From: Nymphaea colorata
Taxonomy: Eukaryota
Direction: 5' to 3'
Assembly (NCBI RefSeq): GCF_008831285.2
Contig: NC_045138.2
Span: 8,370,001-8,434,000 of the forward strand
Length of the DNA stretch: 64,000 nt
Numbering within the stretch: position 1 is the first letter of the stretch; each line of letters begins with the position of its first letter. Below, piece after piece: positions 53,546-64,000 of this stretch. A program made the translations under genes and the position numbers. Below the pieces are notes generated by a model. The model was given only the letters and a program-made list of their open reading frames with translations. It made no database searches and had not been told where the DNA came from.

Positions 53546-56500
53546 ATATATATGAGGGAGAGACAAAGAAGCACATGAACAACAAATTTAAATTTTAATT
53601 TGAGACAAAAAATTATTACTATATTGAATTTTCATGATCTTTATCAATTTTTAATACATTTTGAAATCTAAATACATAACAAAAAATCTAAATGTTGTTC
53701 TTTCCATATCCTTGGTTTCATTTGTTTTGTTCATGCTGCATCATAGATGTCTAACTATCTTCCACGTGAATTATCATGTCAATTACTCTCACACTCTCTA
53801 TGTGACTCCCATTGGGCTAAATACCAATCTGAAATAGAAGGAAAAGATAAGTTATAAGATCTATAAAAAATATAAGGTAAGTATTAATTGCTTATACAAT
53901 ATGACAACAACCAAATAATTTATCACAAAAAGCAGCAGAAAGTTAAAGAAACACATAAATTACTATAGTGAACTTGAACATAATTTAGAAAACCAAACAT
54001 GACACAAATGACTCTGTTCAATTAAAACAATAAAAAACTGCTACACATCCAACTAATGAAGTTGCCCTTCTGAATTCATACACTACCATTGTAAATATAT
54101 GTGTTAATTTAAATTAGAGATGTGCTGTAGAGGTTAGGGAGTCATCCTGACACCTCCCTCAAGATCCTTTTACATAACTCTAAATAAGTTTCAATGTAGT
54201 AAATCATTCAAACTCTCCATATATCAAATCAATAAGGAGAAAAATAACTAATGAAAGGTTCAGACAAGTAAAATACTTCAAGCAACTTATGAGAAATAAG
54301 AACATAAATATGTGAAAGACTCCAAAAGTGGATCCAAAGTCATTGCCACTACATAAAAAGATAAATGACTGAAGGCATCATTTATGCAAAACATTTGTAC
54401 GTGATAATGTTACAAGCAATGAAGAAACTTGCAACCAAAATGATGTACAAGTTGTTCACATCTACTACAAAATATAATTGCACGAGGTAAGAGTATTTGT
54501 ATCATGTGGTTAGAGAACAATACAATAAAAGAAGCCATTTCAGCTTATGCTCTTATCCAATAAAACAAGAGGTATCACATGCGTCCCTTGGACTACTAAT
54601 GGACCGCAGTGCTGACACACACAAGCAGGTGTGGGTGTTCAGAGTGAAATTTTAATTATAACTTTTTTATGCCTTCAGAAGCGTAATTAGCTCTCAAATT
54701 TCAGATTTAATTTCTAATATTAATGAATAAACTCACAAAGGAGAACCCACACAAGTTCTTGGAAAGAACTATCTCCATCTAGTTTGAATCTTTAACATAT
54801 TCACAAAAACATAAAATAATGGAAAAGGCCAATTGCAAAAACATCCCCCTATATAGCTTGAAAAAAAATTGTAAATAAAACTCACACCAAAGTTACCTTG
54901 TTTTTGACTTTATTGTGGAGAGAATCAATCATCTAGCTCCTGTCAAAACCCATGTTAACCACTTTCACAATATCGTCATTAAAATGCAAATCTGACCTCA
55001 ATAACTTCCAAATAGAACATGTCAAATGCACGATGTATAATTCATAATGTTCATGATAAAAACCTACATAGTTCCCCACAGTCATACTTTCACATTTTTT
55101 TCTAATAAAAAAAACAACAAAAGGTTTATTGGTGTCTCTAACATGCAAGTCATTGGGAGAAATAAAGTAGAGCAGGAAACATCTACATAATGAAGTTATA
55201 CATCCATTATAGGGACTTACAATGAAAGTAATAATGTCAATAATCAAGAAGCTCTTATGTCTCATGAATAGTGCTGAATAATGCAAGTTAGAGCATACAA
55301 CGAACACATGCTTTGTTTATACTTAAATCAAATCCCAGGAAACAAAGAACAATAGAAAGTTTAGGAATAACTGATCCGCCCTTTTGCATAAATATTAATC
55401 CATAATCAAATAGCAATGACTTTCGGCCTAATGTACAACTAGGAAAATTCTTGGTGAAGTTCCAACTATCATATAGAAGCATTACTTAGCCAAAATATAT
55501 AGTTCTAAGTTCAAAAGTTAAATTAGAAGATGAATATAAAATGACCCACCATAGGATATTTCTTGGCTTTTGTTTTGTCTCTTGTGGTCACAACGTGTAG
55601 GCAATTCTAAACAAAAATAAAGAACAAAAGTTGAAGCAAGTTTAGAATTAAAGGGTGAAAAAGTAACACCATAAAGAAACACAACTAGAATCTATCATAA
55701 ATGGCAAAGTTACAAAGTAATACAATAAAGAAAAAGCACATTTCCTTCCATGGAAGCTGCCAGCATCTAGTTTTCTCCTTAGTTTTGTCCCATTTTAGGA
55801 TTTCAAGATCACAAAGTGGATGGATTCAGAAGTCACAACCAAGAGTTAAGAATAGGAAAAGCACAATATGATATAATGCTAATTAATTTGGCTTTAGTTA
55901 GGCCAAGTAAACTAGATTTGGGGGCTACACAATGACACTTGAAAAGGTTAGGGAAAGCTGCCATTGGTGTACACATTTCAGTGAACTAAACCAAATATTT
56001 ACTAATAATAGGGGAAAGCACAAAAAAGTGCTGAATAAACTTGAGAGAGAACCCATGGAAGAAAGGTGCCTCCCAACCTAAGTGTAGAAAATACTAACAA
56101 ACAAAGTGAGTTTGATGTATGCTTAGATTCTACAAGGATCATCATGTAATCATTTATATAACACATCTAATACAAAACTAGAACGTTTCCTGATGAACAT
56201 GCACTAAATGTAAATATATACAAAAATCTAAGTTATAAACTGTAGCTTTTAGTCATTGTTTAGTATGGACCCTTATATTTCATTGATTGTTACAATTTGT
56301 CATTGCTGGCCTTTTTTCTCCTTGCTTGATTCAACGAGTGACCATTTATTGAACATATAGTGACCATTTGTTGCATGTGGATATCATCGATAGGCTGTAC
56401 ACCACCACCCAAAGGAGCAATGATATGTAAAGAAATGAAGCAATCTGTATATCCCTAGTTGCCCTCTAATTATGGGAAGGAAAAAGTTGTGATTTATTAG

Positions 56501-57722
56501 GATTTTTTTGATCTTTGACGTGCAGTTCAACCATCAAGGTCATAAGACAGCCTTCTTGCCTTCTCCCATACATTCTTGCTGATTTTAAATCTATTCATTT
56601 CAGTGCTATCTGATAAGTAAGACAAAGATTGATATCAAGCAAAATGAAATGGTCATTTTTCTTGCAACATCACTTGCTTCACTTGACAAATAGGCTATAG
56701 ACCTGTCACCATTTAAGGTCTAGTTGCCAAAGATTTGAGGTCAAACTATGAAGCAAATTGTGGTGTACAACCTTCAAAACAAATAAAGTACTAGAATGAT
56801 TGGAAGGATCAAAGGGCCTTTGATGGAGCCTTTTACAGAACAAAGTAAAAAGCAGAAAAATATTAAACCCCTTGTTCTTAAGGACATTGAAAAAGAGAAA
56901 AGAAATCTAGAACTGACGAACACTTGAGTAGTGTGTTTAACCTCAAATACCACATCCCCTTAAATATCAAACCAACTTCATGTGCAGTGCTTTTCAGTAA
57001 CTATATAGTCACAGTACCTTTATTTAAAAAACCTATGCCCAAAAGAATCACAACTATCCTTAAACAGTTGACCAAGCAGAAAACCAACAAAATCAAGAAA
57101 AGAAGAATGAAACCACTACATCATGTGCCTTAACAATCACATAGGCATGAAAAAAAGAACAAAATACGACCAACAAATCAAATCAGAACTCTAAAAAAGA
57201 AAAAAAAGAATAAAAAGAAAGAGAAAAAAGAAACCCAAATAAAAATTAGAGCTAAAATAGGGGAACAAAGATAGAACATGGTAGAGAAAAGCGGAAGAAG
57301 AGAATACCTACTCAAGAATAGTAGTTCAACTTCTGAAGAATGTTTGCATTTTCTAGTTGGAATTTTAGCATCACCATCACCCTTTTCACCTCAATCCACA
57401 TGGCGGCTCTGTCTCAACAACAAAAATGTTGTCTTATGTGGTGTTGTACCCTCTACACTAGAGAAATGGACTCTTCAACACTCAAGGGCCTCCCTGCACC
57501 ACAAAAGACTATATTCCTTGTAGTCATGCTACTTTACATTGTTCATCTTCACCAATGAGCGAGATGCACATATTCTAACTTGGATCGCCTAAGAGAAAGG
57601 GCTTCTCGGTTGCTTCAATCATGGAACAAGTCACTCAACATCAATGGAATGAGGGGAAAAATTGAAGCTACTGGATGAACGATGACGACAACAACATTTG
57701 AGATCGTTATAGGGAAACAACA

Positions 57723-57724
<2 letters not shown>

Positions 57725-57777
<53 letters not shown>
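57725..57777. repeat. (GA)n microsatellite
   Basis: Seen directly. Confidence 0.95.
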
Positions 57778-57778
<1 letters not shown>

Positions 57779-58565
57779 AAGTTACATGTAATCCAATGCT
57801 TTGCAAGTAGTATTTGAAAATCTTGAAAGCCAATGTTATAGTTTTGAAGATTTCTTTTGGAATCAATTGAGTATTCCCTTGAAATCTTAAGTAGGTTTGA
57901 GATATTGCTCTAATTTAATTACTACTTAGCTAGAGATCCACCTTATTTTGCTTAAGTTTTTCTAAAGAGGTGCTTGTGATCATTCGTAAATCTCATAAGT
58001 AATTGTGAATGCATGAATACATTGATTCTATATGATTGAAAATAAATTATTCATTCTTACCATAATATTCATCTAAAAGCGTTCATACCATCACAAGCAT
58101 CTAGATTTTCTTACACTTGTTTATATATCATCTATCATGCTGTCAAAAATATTTTTGTAGAAAAATAATTTTGAAAGTGGAGTGGAATTGTAGACTATCA
58201 AATATGGCTTCAAAATTGAATCATTACTTGAGTTTTGGTCTTAATAAAGTTGATAAATGAAAATCAAAATTTTTAAGTCTACAAAGAATTCATTTGGAAG
58301 AGTAAAAGAGAGAAAAAGATTTAGGGAGAAGAAATGATTTTAGAGAAAGTGATATATACATATACATAACTTATATATATGATCATTTGTAAAAGATGAT
58401 TTCAAGCCAAAGAGAGAGAGGGAGAAAGAGAAAGAGAAAGATAAAGAAAGAGAGAGAGAGAGAAAGAGAGAGAGATTTCAAAAAGAGAGAAAGATATATA
58501 TATACACACACACACATACACACACACACACATGAAAATTTATAAAAGAAGATTTTGAATCGAAG

Positions 58566-58675
<110 letters not shown>

Positions 58676-58686
58676 AATTTATAAAA

Positions 58687-60600
58687 TTCTTCCACTCCAG
58701 TATCTTGGCCTCTCCCTTCTTGTGGGAAAAATGCGAGAGAACTACTGTTCCACTTTCATTTTAAATATGGAGAAGCAGCTTGCGGCTTGGAAGCAACATG
58801 TGCTCTCTTACATGGGTCGATATTGTCTGATAAAACATGTGTTGTCTTCTAGTCCCCTCTATTGGTGCATGGTGGTGAAGCTCCCCCTTTTCACATGGAT
58901 AGAAATGGAACATTTATGCTGTAAAGTTTTATGGAATGAATCAGATGATACTCGTCATTTACGTATGATCAGTTGGGAGAAAGCGTGCCTTTCGAAAATG
59001 GAAGGGGGCCTCGGATTGCATAGCATTATAAACACTAACATCTCTTCTCTTGGTTTTTTAGTAGAATAACTCCTCATCTCGGAGTCTCTATGGGCTGTCA
59101 TAGTCCAATCTAAATACTTTAAGGAGCAAAGCATGTGGACCATGAAGGCTATGCATGGATCATTGGCTTGTTGGAAGGCTATTGTTTCTGTCTGGCATCA
59201 TCTCAAATACAAAGTCAATTGGAAGGTAGCTAATGGAGTAAAATTTAACTTTTGGAGGGACCGATTGTATGGACCTCCTCTCATTTTAAACATCACTGCA
59301 GAAAGATATGGTTGTGGTTTCACACTCATTCAGCTGGTCCCTTGCTCAAGTTATAAACAGTGATCAATCAGAGGTTCTTGCAGTTTTTTGTCATTTTCGG
59401 CTGGGGATGGGCTTTTCTTCCATCATTGGTTAAGGCCAGAACTTTTTGAAGATGGATGGACGGTCAAGATATAGGCACTCTAGGAACATCTTCTGGAATA
59501 CTTTTAGAAAAAAAAAAAGTGTGAAGCTCAGCTGGCGCCAATGGGTGTAGCAAGGGAGTTCCCACCCAAGAGTTGCTTGGGTTCTCTTCATGGGTATGAA
59601 GGTCACCTTCTAATAGAATAATATGATGAAGAGGCTAGGTTTTGCTCTTCCCTCATGCTGCTCTCTGTGTGGTTAAGAGTGAAGATCTATGGAACACTTG
59701 TTTTTGGACTGTCCGGTGGCCAAATCCATCTAGCAGTTCATTGGGAGAATGTTTGTGATTCAATGGCACCCTTTTGGTGATATGGTGTCCAGCCTGATTT
59801 CGTGGTGTTCCTGCAGGTTTGGTGAGAAAGCTATCCTCAAATGTTGGCATTTGGTGATCTGGTGGCTCTGAAGATGTAGGAACTTGGTGAGACACTCTCC
59901 TAGCTCACCATCCTTTAATGCCTATGTGGAGGTTTGGAAAACATGTAGTGATTGCTTCCGCAAGTTTAATTGGATGGGTGATTTGAAGCACATAATTAAT
60001 GATTGGTTAACAACTAGTATCAGATGGGTTAAATGGAAATGAGACCCTGGCATCAAAGTGGCCATTCACCTTGCCATCATAGCAGGAACTGACTCCAATG
60101 GTGTCGCAGTTTTACCTCGTGATGTTCACGGTGAATTCCTTTGTACTGCATCCCGATGGAGTCTCTCTTCCCTTATCCAACTTGGTGATTAGACCTTACA
60201 ACATGTCCTCTGTTGTGTGCACAATCTTCCCTGTCCTATTGGGGTTAAAACCGATCGCCCTCATTGGCATCGTAGAATTCAGTCAATTGCAGCAAGGAAC
60301 AAGGATGACAGATTTGGTTTTCAATGGTCTGGTGGCCTCTTGCCTAGGTTGGCTATCTCTAGTCAAGAGGTAGCATTAGAGGTGATTGCTATGCTGTCAA
60401 GGAGTCTTAATCCTCAATCTATTTCTAACTGGGTCCCATGAAGTTTTTTTTGGGTGGGCTTTGTTGATAGTCATTGTTAGTGAGCATTGTTTTGTCTATT
60501 CTCTACCATTTCCTAGTGCACGTACTTGGGACCTGATTTTTTGGCATTGTAAGCATAATTTTTTGGTTTGAATAAATTTGGGGCAAACCCCCAGCAGGTG
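58687..60600 (+). mobile_element. 5'-truncated, decayed L1 LINE (post-RT region, zf-RVT-like and RNase-H-like remnants)
   Basis: PLQYLGL, LAAWKQHVLSYMGRYCLIKHVLSSSPLYW, ISWEKACLSKMEGGLGL, WKVANGVKFNFWRDR, MEHLFLDCPVAK; ends aataaatttggggcaaacccc. Confidence 0.9.
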
Positions 60601-61957
60601 TTATCTTGACAAAGACACTTGGTTCGCTAGACCACAAGCTCCTTTACCCTGTTCCGTTTAATTGTGGACATGATTAGTTCCTTTATGTTGGTAGTTGTTG
60701 GACCCTCTTTCAGGTCTACCAACAAGAAACCTGCAGGTTTTCCTGCTGTAGCCAGCCTTCTTGCAATAAGAACATTTCACCTTTTTGGTGTCATTACATT
60801 TTCCAACATGTCTTTTGATGTTTTGGTTCATGGCATTAAACATTTCATGGCCAACAAAGGCTGCTATTTCACCACCACCACCAGGTTCATGTTCAATGTT
60901 GTTAAGGGTACCCATTGCCTTCCTTTTTGATTCCTCTCCCATAAGCAACAAACAAATGGAAGAGGGGAGTTCATTAGCCATCAATATTTGACTACCCAAC
61001 TGCTCATGGTTGTTCCCCAAACCAGCCAAGATTTCAAAGATGCATTCTTGTTCTCTCATTTTGTTGGCTTCGTTTAAATCAGTGGTTAAAGGGGCATAGA
61101 TATCCATTTCATAATGAACCTCATTAAAGGTTCCTAAGTATTCACTTAAGGGCATGATTCCTTTCTTGAAGCTGCACTTCTTTTGTGACAATTGGTACAT
61201 CCAAGCTATATTAAATTGCTCACTATAAAAATCCTTAAAAGCATTCTAGACTTCCTCAGTTGTTTCTAAGAACTGAAAGCTTGCAGAAATTTTAGGTTCC
61301 ATTGAATTTATAAACCTGGAGGCAACAATATTGTTTGTAGATCGTCACTTGTTATATTTTGGATCATTTAGGGCAGACTAACTTGTACCACCATCAAGAT
61401 ATTCAAGCTTGGATTTGCACTTAAAAAACAAGTACCAGACTTTAACAATGGTAGATAATTGAAACCATCAAGAAGTAAAGTGGTAATCTTAAGATTATAA
61501 TTACCTTGTTTGCGGATGATGATCTTATGTGTAGCGTCATCACTGGTCTAGATAATTGTGTGAGACTTGTCGGATATCCTTTCTTCATTGTTGCTGTTCT
61601 CCATGGCCAGACGAACTCAAAAGACCATCACTTGAAGATGAATAGTTAATCCCAGGATGCTTGCTGTGATACCATGATAAATTGTAAATACATAAAGAGC
61701 GTGAGAGAGAAGGCTAGGCAGCCATAAACGTGGCTGGGCAGAGCTGTCATACATCCATGAAGAGTAGAGAATTACTTTCATTAAAATCATCTCAGGCATT
61801 ACATAGCAAGTTTTATACATGAGATAACTTGACCAACGTCTCATAATGTCTAGATCCCCAAGAGGCATAAGCAAAGATGGTAGCTGATGCACTTGCCCAA
61901 AAAATGAATGATGCAAATGACAAGTAAACTCCTTGTCAGAAACAACGTGTGCTAACA
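60601..61957 (-). mobile_element. Ty1/copia relic: 5' LTR, PBS and interrupted gag
   Basis: PBS TGGTATCACAGC (61674-61663) next to an LTR ending in CA at 61675. gag runs from ATG 61603 (LDGFNY, INSMEPKI, EILAGL, zinc-knuckle remnant CSYCKKAGYSRKTC) with stops. The LTR outer end at 61957 is tentative. Confidence 0.85.
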
Positions 61958-62771
61958 CAATGCCTACAACTCCATCGTTCTTCTTGAAGTTCAGAGACCT
62001 GCTGCTTGGAACTGAAGACAAAACCTCTTCATTAATTTCATGTATAAAGAATTCACAAAATCATTGATTGTGGGAAACAACCCACTCTTGCAGATAGAGC
62101 AACTGTTTTCAATTAGAGAGAGAGAGTGAGAGAGACAAAAAGAGAGGGAATGTTTAGTTCCAAGATAAAACATGAATTTGTTTGTTCGGATTGCATGCTT
62201 GTCGTTCAATTGTTGTACTCGTTCTTTGGGGCAATATTGTTTTGAACCTCAGTGATTCAAAACTTGACCCTATGTTCTTTGACTCTTGATTTGGCAGGTC
62301 CAACTCTGTGACCAAGGCAGGTTTTGTTAGCTATCTGTCGAAAGAAAAACAATATATAACTTGTCATTTAAACACAAAAATGGTTGTAAGATGACTTGAT
62401 CATACGTGTAACTCAAGATCAATTAATTAGCTTAATATCAAGAGATAGGAGAAATAGGGACAATGCGAGCTCAAGCATGTGGAACAATGATGCAATTTCC
62501 AGAGCCCAATGGTGTCTCTACATATATGGCCTATAAAGGGAAACTCCTTTTGCAAGATCATCTGCAACAGCTTGGTGCATCCCTTGTTAACAGATGCAAT
62601 CTTTACAATGAGCAGTTGGAGTCCTCTCTCACATTTTTTTTCTAGTTCAAATGGGCAGCATGCAAGGGCATAGATAAATGGAGGCTCCATGAGGTATACG
62701 TCCTACAGAGCCCATTCTCTGAAAGCTTAAATAAGTTGTTGAACTTACGTGGATCTGGGTCTAGTTAGGAT

Positions 62772-63027
62772 TAGGGGTGGGCATCGGGCTGGGCCGGGCC
62801 GGCCCGATCCGGCCCGTCGGGCCGGGCAGCCCGGCCTGGCCCGGCCAATTTAAAAATAAAAAAATTTTTAAATAATAAAATAATGTTTTAAAATATAAAA
62901 TATATTTAATAATAATAAATATATATTATTAAAACAAAAAAATTAAAAAATATATATATTTTAAACTTAAATGGGCTGAACTGGGCTGGGCCGGGCCGAC
63001 CCGGGCCCGTACCGACGCCCACCCCTA
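62772..63027. mobile_element. hAT MITE (GGCCC family, AT-rich core)
   Basis: taggggtgggcatcgg...ccgacgcccaccccta; perfect 8-bp TSD GTTAGGAT at 62764-62771 and 63028-63035. Confidence 0.92.
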
Positions 63028-63644
63028 GTTAGGATAGACCCATGAGACCCGAGAGGTTACCCCCATATCCAATTGAAAATTTGTTAACTATATGCATAGT
63101 GCCCCACAAAAAAGGATTTCTGGCTCCCCCTAGCAGCGTGTTGCTGGAAGTTCTTAGAGATGAAATTCAACATGAAGTTTAGTAGAATGGGTTTGACCAA
63201 AGAGGCTCTTAGATGGTGGTGAAAGAGGAAGTTCCAACAATGTTTAGTAAAGTGCTTGAATACAATTAAAGTATCCCTATACATCAAACGTAGGAAATGC
63301 TGCATCATGAAATCGCCTATCAATATTATCTGAATAGATCCACTACTTAAATGTCCAAGGGCTTAAAATTTCTCAAAACCACAAGCTCAATTCTCCAGAA
63401 TTACTTTAGTTCTATACTTTTATTGATAGATTATAAATACAAAAGATACTCTTGCAAAAAATGGTTTAGACTTTAGATCAGGAGCTAACATGCATTTGAA
63501 CCACGAGTCCCAACATTCTTTGAAACGCTCACACCAGTCCCAACATTCCCTAAAACTCCCATTGGTATGTTTGCCAAAGTACTAAATTAAATTTTTGAAT
63601 TTACGTGGTGCTACCTCAATACTTGTATGGACAAAAAAGTGTCA

Positions 63645-63680
<36 letters not shown>

Positions 63681-64000
63681 CTATTTTGGTCTCCATGTAA
63701 AATGGAAATTCAAAAGATCCTTCTATTGTCCTAACCCAGGAAAGGCATGAAGCTTACTGTAAGACTATGTCCTGGCCTATGGCCAAGGATAACGGGGTCT
63801 GGCCGGCCAGAGATGGCTGGTCTGGCCTGGACAACAATGGCCTGGCCTGACTAGGAGAGATTGGCATGAATATGCCATGGAAAAGGCAATTACTTGGTTC
63901 CAAGACAGCAAACGGCGAGCCATAAGTCAGCAACAGCAGCCAGTCTAAAATTTATGGTAGACCAGAAATTTTGGTGTTCCTCCCTTCGGGCACAAAGCGG

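Noticed and set aside
63647..63680. T34 run as a retroposon tail
   Set aside because: No TSD or element body identifiable.

Overview
Angiosperm nuclear DNA (AT-rich, GT-AG introns, microsatellites, MITEs). I can support two protein-coding genes, both on the minus strand. (1) A BSU1-like Kelch-repeat Ser/Thr phosphatase of the BSL2/BSL3 type: start codon at 13323, 17 exons traced to 281, last exons lie beyond the left edge. (2) A complete NF-YA (CCAAT-binding subunit A) gene: ATG 36707, stop 26879, 5 coding exons, 337 aa, with a 7.9-kb TE-filled intron, a miR169 site in the 3' UTR and uORFs in a probably spliced leader. The rest is non-coding or TE-derived: hAT-type MITEs with 8-bp TSDs, Tourist-like MITEs, a CACTA end, a decayed L1, two Copia gag relics, tandem arrays and microsatellites. 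No intact gene was found in 37.7-64 kb. I found no clear-cut new multi-gene system. The best leads are regulatory: the NF-YA leader uORF/splicing arrangement, a dense G-box/E2F/TGACGTCA cluster at 46740-46769, a candidate poison exon and uORFs in BSL, and an inverted MITE pair that could fold into a ~1.1-kb hairpin. Everything was read by eye; no searches were run.
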